Program-made: the position numbers and the translations under genes
Assembly (NCBI GenBank): GCA_041497195.1
Contig: JBGQGB010000001.1
Span: 213,504 to 277,503, forward strand
DNA from: Candidatus Doudnabacteria bacterium
GTDB lineage: Bacteria; Patescibacteriota; Doudnabacteria; UBA920; 2-01-FULL-46-14
Direction of reading: 5' to 3'
DNA length: 64,000 bases
Shown here: piece by piece, positions 44,042-52,559 of the stretch
Layout: each line of letters begins with the position of its first letter
How positions within the stretch are numbered: the first letter of the stretch is position 1
Notes under the pieces: model-generated
Database searches by the model: none
What the model was told of the DNA's origin: nothing
The model's input: only the letters and a program-made list of their open reading frames with translations

Positions 44042-45043
44042 ATGAATCACTACGACAACAAAGCCATTCTCATCACCGGCGGGACCGGATCATTTGGTAA
44101 AAATTTTACCAAGTTCCTTCTGAAAAATCCACTCGTAAAACGAGTCACAATCTTCAGTCGTGACGAGTTCAAGCAGCACTACATGCAAAAGGAGCTCACT
44201 GACCCTCGACTGCGTTTTTTTATCGGCGACGTGCGTGACCTGCCTAGACTAGAACGCGCTTTTCAAGGAGTGGATATCGTTATTCACGCGGCCGCTCTCA
44301 AACATATTCCCGCCCTCGAATACAATCCTTTTGAGGCAGTAAAAACTAATATCATGGGGACTCAAAATGTCATTGAAGCTGCCATCGATCAAAAAGTTGC
44401 TCAGGTACTCTTGATTTCGACTGATAAAGCCGCTCAACCAACTAATTTGTATGGCGCCACCAAACTCTGCGCGGAAAAACTATTCGTATCCGGCAACTCC
44501 TACACCCGCGGCAAAACTACTTTTAGCGCCGTAAGATACGGCAACGTCATAGGAAGTCGTGGCAGTATTGTCGAAATGTTATTAGAAAACAAAGGCAGCG
44601 GCAAAGTCCCAATTACCGATCTGGAAATGACCAGATTTTGGATTACTTTTGCACAAAGTTTTCAACTCGTGACTTTTGCCTTAGAAAATATGGAGGGAGG
44701 CGAAATTTTCGTCCCCAAAATTCCCAGCATGAAATTGATTGATCTTTTTAATATTTTGGCTCCTGGGGTTGAAAAAGAAGTTATCGGAATTAGGCCGGGG
44801 GAAAAACTGCATGAAGTACTGCTGACCGAGCATGAATCGAGACATACCATTGAACTTTCTGACTATTTTGTCATCTTACCGGAATTCACGCACTTTAGCG
44901 GGGAGAGAGGACTTTACGGTAAATACAAAGAGCGGGGGCAAAAACTCGATTCAAAATTCTCTTTTGTGAGCCATACAAATGAAAAATGGCTGACGTCTGA
45001 AGAACTGATATTGATTTTAAAAGAAGCTAGCCTGGAATTATGA
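44042..45043 (+). CDS. pseB: UDP-N-acetylglucosamine 4,6-dehydratase (inverting)
   Basis: TGGTGSFG, SRDE.KQ, HAAALKH.P..EYNP.E..KTN, STDKA, YGATKL, RYGNV.GSRGS and GIRPGEKLHE motifs. Confidence 0.93.
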   Translation: MNHYDNKAILITGGTGSFGKNFTKFLLKNPLVKRVTIFSRDEFKQHYMQKELTDPRLRFFIGDVRDLPRLERAFQGVDIVIHAAALKHIPALEYNPFEAVKTNIMGTQNVIEAAIDQKVAQVLLISTDKAAQPTNLYGATKLCAEKLFVSGNSYTRGKTTFSAVRYGNVIGSRGSIVEMLLENKGSGKVPITDLEMTRFWITFAQSFQLVTFALENMEGGEIFVPKIPSMKLIDLFNILAPGVEKEVIGIRPGEKLHEVLLTEHESRHTIELSDYFVILPEFTHFSGERGLYGKYKERGQKLDSKFSFVSHTNEKWLTSEELILILKEASLEL

Positions 45044-46146
45044 TTCCCTATGGTCACCAAACTGTCGATAAGCTGGACATCCAAGCGGTTAAAAAAGTTT
45101 TAGAATCGGACTATCTGACGACCGGGCCGAAAGTAGTAGAATTTGAATCAGCTGCGAGTAAACTAATAGGAACAAAGTACGCTGTAGCCGTAGCAAACGG
45201 CACTGCGGCTTTACATTTATCCTATTTGGCTGCCGGACTGGGTCCGGGGGATGAAGTCATTACTAGCCCAAACACTTTTGTCGCAACTACTAACATGCTT
45301 TTAGCGGTCGGGGCTAAACCGGTTTTCTGCGACATCCGCACGGATACTCACAATATAGACGAGGATAAAATCGAAAAACTAATCAATCGTAAGACCCGCG
45401 CCATCGTTCCGATGCATTTTGCCGGACATCCGTGCGAGATGGATAAAATTTGGAGATTGGCAAAAAAAAATAAGCTTTTGGTGATTGAAGACGCGGCCCA
45501 CGCTTTTGGAGCAAAATACCGCAATCGCTATATCGGAGGCGGCAAGAGCGACTTAACGACGTTTAGTTTTCATCCTGTCAAATCGATAACCACTGGCGAA
45601 GGCGGTCTGATAGTGACCAACAATCCAAAATTGCACGTAAAACTAAAACTTTTACGCAATCACGGCATAAAAAAAGATAAAAACGGTTTTAATGTGATGA
45701 CCGTTCTGGGCTACAATTTCCGCCTGACCGAGCTACAAGCAGCTTTGGGACTGAGTCAACTGAGCAAACTAAAAAAATTCCTAAACTTGCGCCACCAAAT
45801 GGCGAAATTGTACCGAAATAATTTGAAGCGTCTCCCACAAATTGCGCTACCGGTGGAACACCAGGATTGTTACAGCGCCTGGCACATCTATGTTATTAAT
45901 CTAAAAAATCCGAAACATCGGCTACCTCTTTACCGGCACTTACTCAAAAATGGCATCGGTGCCAACTTCCATTACCCTGCCGTCTATAAGCATCCTTACT
46001 ACCGAAAACTAAATTTGACGGCCTCCTGTCCAGTAGCAGATAACTATAGCGCATCGGCTATAACTTTACCCTTATTCCCTGAACTATCTTCCACTGAAGT
46101 AAAATTTATCTGCAACAAAATTTCAGAATATTTTCAAGCTTTATAA
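45040..46146 (+). CDS. pseC: UDP-4-amino-4,6-dideoxy-N-acetyl-beta-L-altrosamine transaminase
   Basis: MIPYG.Q, LT.GP, EDAAHA, FSFHPVK.ITTGEGG and LG.N.R motifs. Confidence 0.9.
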   Translation: MIPYGHQTVDKLDIQAVKKVLESDYLTTGPKVVEFESAASKLIGTKYAVAVANGTAALHLSYLAAGLGPGDEVITSPNTFVATTNMLLAVGAKPVFCDIRTDTHNIDEDKIEKLINRKTRAIVPMHFAGHPCEMDKIWRLAKKNKLLVIEDAAHAFGAKYRNRYIGGGKSDLTTFSFHPVKSITTGEGGLIVTNNPKLHVKLKLLRNHGIKKDKNGFNVMTVLGYNFRLTELQAALGLSQLSKLKKFLNLRHQMAKLYRNNLKRLPQIALPVEHQDCYSAWHIYVINLKNPKHRLPLYRHLLKNGIGANFHYPAVYKHPYYRKLNLTASCPVADNYSASAITLPLFPELSSTEVKFICNKISEYFQAL

Positions 46147-46154
46147 CTCTTTGC

Positions 46155-46772
46155 ATGGCCAAGGAAAAAACCGCTATTATCATTTTGGGAGGAGGTTTGA
46201 AAAGGAATAAAAATGGAAGCTGGCGAACAGCCAATTATGGCAAAGCAGGCGACAAATTCGGCATGACCGGGGACCGCTTGCGGATAATCGCCGGCGCATA
46301 TTTGGCTCAAGACCACGGCGAATACCTTGTTCTTGCGGCGGGCGGGCGGGGCCAATATAAAAATATCCCCGGGTCTCCTAATATTTCTAGGGTAATTAAA
46401 AATGAGCTTCTAGAACTAGGGGTCCCTAAAAAACAAATTCTGGAAGAGAGCAAGTCAGATACGACTTACCGGCAGCTGCAGAATGTCACCAGATTAGTTC
46501 GCAAGCTGCGAGTTATTAAAGTTTTTATCCTAACCAACCAATGGCATATTCCGCGAATTCTGGCTTTACTAAAACATAACCCTGGGCTACGTAAACTCGC
46601 CGGATACGAGCCAGAACTGCTCTCAGCGGAAACCATTGTGTTAAAATATGATCGGAAAAAATGGAGAAAAATCATTCAAACAGCCCGTTCCAGCAAAGAG
46701 TTTAAAAAACGTGTGAAGCTTGAAATGAATGGCATTAAAGCTATTAAAAATCAAACCTACTTTTACAAATAA
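46155..46772 (+). CDS. YdcF/DUF218 family protein
   Basis: IIILGGG, R, GG, LGVP...I..E..S.TT and TN.WH.PR motifs. Confidence 0.8.
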   Translation: MAKEKTAIIILGGGLKRNKNGSWRTANYGKAGDKFGMTGDRLRIIAGAYLAQDHGEYLVLAAGGRGQYKNIPGSPNISRVIKNELLELGVPKKQILEESKSDTTYRQLQNVTRLVRKLRVIKVFILTNQWHIPRILALLKHNPGLRKLAGYEPELLSAETIVLKYDRKKWRKIIQTARSSKEFKKRVKLEMNGIKAIKNQTYFYK

Positions 46773-46775
46773 TAT

Positions 46776-47858
46776 ATGAGCCGGAAAATAACAATTCAAA
46801 CACCCAAAGGGAAACGCCACATTGGCCCTAACGAACCGGTTTTTATTGTCGCTGAAATGTCTGGCAATCATAATCAGGATATCAACCGAGCGTTTGCGAT
46901 TATTGATGCGGCAGCAGAAGCGGGCGCCGATGCCGTCAAATTGCAGACGTATACCGCTGATACTTTGACTATAAATTCGGATAAAAAATGGTTCCGGGTC
47001 GAAGTTAACAAAGCATGGAAAGGACGGACTTTGTACCAATTATACCAGGAGGCCCATACGCCCTGGGATTGGCAACCCAAACTAAAAAAATATGCGGAAA
47101 GCAAAGGCCTGGTCTTGTTTTCGACACCTTTTGACGAAACCTCGGTAGATTTCTTGGAGAGATTGGATGTTCAACTCTATAAAATTGCCTCTTTTGAAAA
47201 CGGCGATTTAGAATTGTTACAAAAAATTGGCCAAACGAAAAAACCAGTAATCATATCGCGTGGCATGAGTTCGATCGAGGATTTAAAGCTCTCCCTCCGG
47301 ACGCTCAGATCGGCTGGTGCTCCGGAAATTGCCGTACTGCACTGCATCAGTTCCTACCCCGCAACCCCTGATCAGATGAATTTGGCAACGATTCCCGACA
47401 TCGCCAAACGTTTCAAAGTCATATCGGGATTGTCTGATCACACCCTCGGCATTAATGTGGCTATAGGTGCCGTAGCTCTGGGGGCATCCATCATAGAGAA
47501 ACATTTTACGCTCAAACGATCGGGCGGAGGGGTGGATGCCGAGTTTTCCCTCGAACCGCATGAGCTAAAAAAGCTGGTGCAAGCCATACGAGAAACAGAA
47601 ATAGCCATCGGCAAGCCCACTTACGAAATAGAATCTAAAGAGGCCGAAAATCTAGTCTTCCGCCGCTCATTATTTATCGTAAAAAACATCAAGGCCGGAG
47701 AAAAACTGACTTCAAAAAACGTTAGATCAATTCGTCCGGGATACGGGCTTCCGCCTAAATATCTAAAGAGAATTTTGGGAAAAACCGTAAAAAAAAATTT
47801 AGATCGAGGAACTCCGCTGTCTTGGAGTTTAATAAATTCGGGAAGCAATGTTGATTAA
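46776..47858 (+). CDS. pseI: Pseudaminic acid synthase (NeuB family)
   Basis: AEMSGNHN, GADAVKLQTY..DT.T, TPW.W, STPFD, KIASFE, HC.S.YP, GLSDHT, IEKHF and SAF domain with RPG.GL.P. Confidence 0.93.
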   Translation: MSRKITIQTPKGKRHIGPNEPVFIVAEMSGNHNQDINRAFAIIDAAAEAGADAVKLQTYTADTLTINSDKKWFRVEVNKAWKGRTLYQLYQEAHTPWDWQPKLKKYAESKGLVLFSTPFDETSVDFLERLDVQLYKIASFENGDLELLQKIGQTKKPVIISRGMSSIEDLKLSLRTLRSAGAPEIAVLHCISSYPATPDQMNLATIPDIAKRFKVISGLSDHTLGINVAIGAVALGASIIEKHFTLKRSGGGVDAEFSLEPHELKKLVQAIRETEIAIGKPTYEIESKEAENLVFRRSLFIVKNIKAGEKLTSKNVRSIRPGYGLPPKYLKRILGKTVKKNLDRGTPLSWSLINSGSNVD

Positions 47859-48516
47859 TATAGTCACTGACAATAAAAAAAGCTGGTTTTACAGCAAAGT
47901 TATAAGACTGGCCAAACGGATCAGAGCCCTCAGCCACCGTGTTAAAATATTATCTGATGCCGCAAAATTGCCGAGTCGCTCGGATATTACATTTTTTTTA
48001 AGCTACGAAAACTACATTCCCCGCAAAGTCCGCTACCAAAGCCGTCATAATATCGTGATTCACGCCAGTGATCTGCCACGAGGCCGCGGCATGTCCCCGG
48101 CTACATGGCAAATTGTAGCTGGGCAAAAAACGATCCCGGTTACGTTATTTGAGGTTGCCGACGGTTTTGACTCGGGGGATTTCTACCTAAAAGACAAATT
48201 TCATCTAGACGGGACAGAATTGATAGAGGAGTGGCGGGAAAAACTTTACCTATGCATGGAGAGAATGATTTTGAAATTTGTAAATAATATTAACAACCTG
48301 GAACCTCTGAAACAACGGGGAAAAATAAGCGTCTATCCACGTCGGACTTTCGAAAACAGCAAGCTTGATATCAACAAGTCGCTAAAATCGCAGTTCAACC
48401 TTCTGAGAGTGACAGACAACGAAAGGTACCCCGCCTTTTTCAACCACCGCGGTAACAAATATATTTTGAAGGTTTATAAAAAATCGGCAAATCACAAAGG
48501 TAATAAAGAAAAATAG
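47848..48516 (+). CDS. N10-formyl-THF-dependent sugar N-formyltransferase family protein
   Basis: N.V.HASDLP.GRG.SP..WQI, D.GD and QFNLLR..DN.RYPA motifs. Confidence 0.85.
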   Translation: MLINIVTDNKKSWFYSKVIRLAKRIRALSHRVKILSDAAKLPSRSDITFFLSYENYIPRKVRYQSRHNIVIHASDLPRGRGMSPATWQIVAGQKTIPVTLFEVADGFDSGDFYLKDKFHLDGTELIEEWREKLYLCMERMILKFVNNINNLEPLKQRGKISVYPRRTFENSKLDINKSLKSQFNLLRVTDNERYPAFFNHRGNKYILKVYKKSANHKGNKEK

Positions 48517-48653
48517 CTGATCATAGTCAGTTGTCTAAGCGTATTCGAGGTGAACTCTGGTCAAATTTCCAAAACATCTCCTGGCGAAAAAGCGCCGGGA
48601 TTTCTTTCTGCTTTATAAAGCGGAAATAAATATTTTAATTCCTCAATTTTATA

Positions 48654-49511
48654 TTAAAACACAATTTCAGCGCGCAAATTGTTTGCCAGTCCCAACCAAC
48701 AATCAACTGGCAGAACCCTTAGAATGCGCAACAAAGACGACAAAAACGGCCCCTCCGGAATGCAATTCACCTCCTCCAGCCTACGAATCCCCCGCTGGCG
48801 CACTGTGCAGGAAACACCAAGACCGGATACCATGGCGCGCAGCGATCGAGAGGTGAACAGATTGATGTGGGCTGACGCTACCGTCGGAACAGCTCCAATT
48901 GCCCGATACAACCTCGCTCTCCATTTCAGTCCTCGTTCGTTCGGCACGTCTATCAGTACTTTGGACCTTGGAGGCAAGATCGTTTTCAAAAAAACGAATA
49001 TCTCTCTCGGATTGACCAAATGTTCAAGCACATTATCAAGGTACACCAATACTGGTCCGTTCAACTGCCTGAGCGCTTCCTCCAGGGAGGCGTGAATTGT
49101 TACCCTGTCGCCCAGTCTCTGTTTCAACTGCTTTACGAAAAAAGTATAAGGTTCAACAACGTGATATGAAACGTCCGGCTGCAATTCCAAAAAAGCCTCA
49201 GCGGCCAACCCCAGGCCGGGACCGACTTCCAACACCGACATTCCTCTGTGAAAGGCGCTGATCAGCCAAACCGCCTGATTTTTAGCAAAGAACTTACGAC
49301 GTTCGAAAAATGCTGGTTCAAGGTAAACATTGTCATAATTTTTGGCCATGAGCTCAGGGTTCTCAATCTCCCCGATATACGGATCTTTATGCCCGCCACC
49401 GCAAGACCGACATCGCACCCAAAAGTGGCCATTCCAAGTTAAGTACGGCTCAAAAACAGACTGCATGCCACAAATCGGGCATGACCCAATCACCGCCGCA
49501 CTTAATTCCAT
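48654..49511 (-). CDS. Class I SAM-dependent methyltransferase with N-terminal Zn-ribbon
   Basis: CPIC...C.SC, VLEVGPG.G, VLEHL.NP, VPN and HINLF motifs. Confidence 0.85.
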   Translation of the reverse strand: MELSAAVIGSCPICGMQSVFEPYLTWNGHFWVRCRSCGGGHKDPYIGEIENPELMAKNYDNVYLEPAFFERRKFFAKNQAVWLISAFHRGMSVLEVGPGLGLAAEAFLELQPDVSYHVVEPYTFFVKQLKQRLGDRVTIHASLEEALRQLNGPVLVYLDNVLEHLVNPREIFVFLKTILPPRSKVLIDVPNERGLKWRARLYRAIGAVPTVASAHINLFTSRSLRAMVSGLGVSCTVRQRGIRRLEEVNCIPEGPFLSSLLRILRVLPVDCWLGLANNLRAEIVF

Positions 49512-49687
49512 AATTTGCTCTTTGTTATTATCAAGATATTCTTTCTCAATAGATATCTAACTGAGCCCTGCTTTGCAACTAACGTTTTTTTATATCACAG
49601 GCGCCTCTTTCGCCATACTTTTACGCCACCTGCTTAAAAAGATGATAATCTAGAAATTCTGGCACAAATAAATTTTTTAATATCTTT

Positions 49688-50662
49688 CTATTTATTTGGA
49701 GTTTCTTCAAAATATTTTTTATACCAAATGTAAGTTTCCTTAACCCCTTCTTCGAAACTGTATTTCGGCTCCCAAGCCAAAAGCCGTCGCGCTTTCTCAT
49801 TGCTAATGCTTTGCTCCTGAATTTCATTTTTATGATTATTCAAGACTCGGTACTGACAAGTTTGTCCTAAAATTGAGGAAATTTTTTCGATCATTGCTTT
49901 TACGGAAAAATTGGAGTTCGCGCTAAAATTGAATGCCTCACCGGCAATCTTATCAATTTTCTCAGCCAATAATACATACCCCTCCACTACGTCTTTGACG
50001 TAAAGATAGTCCCGTGTAAAATTTCCGTCACTTCTGACTTCTAAAACCTTTTGGTTTATGACGGCATCCATGATCCCCGGGATCAAACGACTAAAGTTTA
50101 GGTCTCCCGGGCCGAAAATATTTCCAAACCTGCTCACGGCAACTGGTAACCCATAAGTTTTATAATAAGAAAGAGCGATCAGGTCGGCACTCGATTTGGA
50201 AACTTCATAAGGATGATCGCCCGCGAGTTTTTGAACCTCAGTAGCCTTCAGGCAGTCTTTGCCGTAAGCCTTATCACTTGACGCCACGATGACCGCTTTT
50301 ATATAAGGCGAGCGGCGCGCCGCTTCCAAAATATGCACGGTGCCCATGACGTTCGTTAAAAAAGTCTCATACGGATTGACGTAAGCGGCTGTAACCGTAG
50401 ACTGAGCGGCCACATGAAAAATATATTCGATTTCGTATTTGGTGACTACGTCTATGACCCGTCGAAAATCGGTTATGTCGCACCACGCGTTCACAACCTT
50501 TGTCCCTAAGCTGCGACCAGCAAAATAGGATTGCGGATTATGAGACCGGGTGGTGATGTGGACCTTGGCACCCCGGGCAACTAAGCTTTCCGTCAAATGT
50601 CCGCCGACTAGCCCGGTACCACCCGTAACCAAAACCCTTTTTTTTGTCAGTGCTTGCATCAT
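49688..50662 (-). CDS. NDP-glucose 4,6-dehydratase (RfbG/DdhB-like)
   Basis: VTGGTG.VG, H.AAQ..V, TNVMGT, SSDKAY, PY..SK and R.GN..GPGD motifs; adjacent to an rfbF-like gene. Confidence 0.82.
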   Translation of the reverse strand: MMQALTKKRVLVTGGTGLVGGHLTESLVARGAKVHITTRSHNPQSYFAGRSLGTKVVNAWCDITDFRRVIDVVTKYEIEYIFHVAAQSTVTAAYVNPYETFLTNVMGTVHILEAARRSPYIKAVIVASSDKAYGKDCLKATEVQKLAGDHPYEVSKSSADLIALSYYKTYGLPVAVSRFGNIFGPGDLNFSRLIPGIMDAVINQKVLEVRSDGNFTRDYLYVKDVVEGYVLLAEKIDKIAGEAFNFSANSNFSVKAMIEKISSILGQTCQYRVLNNHKNEIQEQSISNEKARRLLAWEPKYSFEEGVKETYIWYKKYFEETPNK

Positions 50663-50664
50663 AT

Positions 50665-51492
50665 CTATTTTTCATCCTTCCAGACTTTCCAAAAAGGTTC
50701 ATGTGCCCACTGCGAATTCAATTCTTCCATATCCCGATGGGTATCCATACACTTCCAACCCCCAGGGTGACTATACATGGACAATTGTTTAATTTCCGAC
50801 AACGGAACAAATACCTCTTCGATCATACTGTTGAGTTGTACGAAATCGAAAACTTCCTTTTTAAAAACCATAAAACCGCCATTAATATAATCTTGCCCTG
50901 TGCCCGCACGCGAATTTTGTAATTTTTTTGCATTTTCACTTAGACTGACAACCCCGGATTGGTGAAATCCCGTGACCTTTTGCCGGCTGCCGTCAAGCAA
51001 AATAACTCCAAAACGAGTCAAAAGGCGAACCCCGGTAATCGTGCCGATAGTATTTTGCTCTTTATGAAACTTCAAAAGTTCAATCAGGTTGACGTCGCCT
51101 ACACCGTCGCCGTAGGTGACCATAAAATTTTCGTCCCCGTCCAAATAAGGCGCAACGCGGCGTAATCGTTCTCCTGTCAGGGTATCTTGTCCGGTATCGA
51201 CGAATGTAACCTTAAAACCGTCGCCATTATCATTATGAAAGACTAATTTGTTTGTCTCGGTATTTAAAGAAAAATCATTCGCATAAATCCGCTGCCTTAA
51301 GAAATAATCCTTGATCATATCCCCCTTATACCCCAAACATAAAATAAAATCTTTGTAGCCATAATGAGAATAAATTTTCATAATATGCCAAAGAATCGGT
51401 CTTCCTCCGATTTCTACCAAGGGTTTGGGTTTAAATTCAGTTTCTTCGCGCAGGCGAGTGCCCTTGCCTCCGCACAAAATAACGACTTTCAT
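50665..51492 (-). CDS. rfbF: Glucose-1-phosphate cytidylyltransferase
   Basis: LCGGKGTRL.EET..KPKPLVEIG..PILWHIMK.Y, VDTG..T.TG.R, TYGDG, INGGF and W.CMDT motifs. Confidence 0.9.
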   Translation of the reverse strand: MKVVILCGGKGTRLREETEFKPKPLVEIGGRPILWHIMKIYSHYGYKDFILCLGYKGDMIKDYFLRQRIYANDFSLNTETNKLVFHNDNGDGFKVTFVDTGQDTLTGERLRRVAPYLDGDENFMVTYGDGVGDVNLIELLKFHKEQNTIGTITGVRLLTRFGVILLDGSRQKVTGFHQSGVVSLSENAKKLQNSRAGTGQDYINGGFMVFKKEVFDFVQLNSMIEEVFVPLSEIKQLSMYSHPGGWKCMDTHRDMEELNSQWAHEPFWKVWKDEK

Positions 51493-51533
51493 AGTAAGAA
51501 AATTATACTAGAATGAAACAAAATTATCAAGCC

Positions 51534-52559
51534 TCAAGGAATCATGGAAAATCCTGCAAGTGTCATCAGCAACAATGACTGAAAAACTGAACGGTTGCCG
51601 CCCCAGGCAAAGTCTATGAACAGTCCCGATTTCTCGCTGAATATAATCGCCAGGGAATCATACAAACCCCCTACGGACAGATATTCAACTCGACCAAAAA
51701 TTAAATCCATAAGCCCCCGGATCTTCATAGTCGTCATTAGATTGCTCTCTGGTAGATCTACGCCAATAAATTGCAGATACTTCCGATCCAGGTCATCAGG
51801 TGTTTGGTCTTGCCCGTCCAAACGCAGTCCTCGGTAAATCCCACCCTCGACCTTATAATCAAGGCGAGACAGGTTAGGGCCGCTCAAATCATAATCCGCG
51901 ATCGCACCGCCCTCTCCGATTATATGGAACTTGCCGACGCTGTAGTCGCGCGGCTCGACAATGCTCGCTTTGATCCCGTTCCGGAATATTATTTGCCGTT
52001 CGGCAATTTTCCCGTGCGAATAGGTATTTTTTATTTTGGAAATATAATTTACCCCGGTTAGCATTTTCAAAGTTGCCAGGGCATGATAACGATAGCCGCT
52101 GTGAATCAAGCTTATTTCTTTAATCTTGCCGATCTGGCCTTGGTCAATAAGTTTGCGCGCCAGCACAAAAGGGGGCAAAGTGATTGAGTCTTCCGAAACG
52201 CCAACGGATCTAAATTTTTTAAAATATCTGGCACAGCGGATGTCATGCAAACTCAAAACAGGCGTATCAATCAGTAATCGCACGTGCTGTGTATTATAAA
52301 CGGCCAATTTCTTGAGCACATCGGGAACCTGTTCCAAAGTTACTGCCACCATAATCAAATCCAGGGATCGAAAATCGATTCTCGAGAAATCATTGATCGT
52401 CTGGATTTGCATTTTCCGGTTGAAAAGCGAAATATCTTTAATTGACCGCGAATAAACAGCAAGCAATTCAAATTCATCTTGCAAGCAGTAGATTGCCGGC
52501 AAAATAGTATTTTGGACCCGCTGACCTGAACCAATCACCAGAACGTTTTTCTTAGGCAT
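51534..52559 (-). CDS. Rossmann-fold oxidoreductase (divergent Gfo/Idh/MocA-like)
   Basis: VLVIGSG.R N-terminus, DTP in place of EKP, G.IG.I; start at ATG 52559. Confidence 0.6.
   Translation of the reverse strand: MPKKNVLVIGSGQRVQNTILPAIYCLQDEFELLAVYSRSIKDISLFNRKMQIQTINDFSRIDFRSLDLIMVAVTLEQVPDVLKKLAVYNTQHVRLLIDTPVLSLHDIRCARYFKKFRSVGVSEDSITLPPFVLARKLIDQGQIGKIKEISLIHSGYRYHALATLKMLTGVNYISKIKNTYSHGKIAERQIIFRNGIKASIVEPRDYSVGKFHIIGEGGAIADYDLSGPNLSRLDYKVEGGIYRGLRLDGQDQTPDDLDRKYLQFIGVDLPESNLMTTMKIRGLMDLIFGRVEYLSVGGLYDSLAIIFSEKSGLFIDFAWGGNRSVFQSLLLMTLAGFSMIP

Noticed and set aside
49512-49687. AT-rich gap between the rfbG-like gene and the methyltransferase, and the 68-aa ORF at 49621-49827
   Set aside because: The ORF mostly overlaps the dehydratase in another frame; no motif or clear structure
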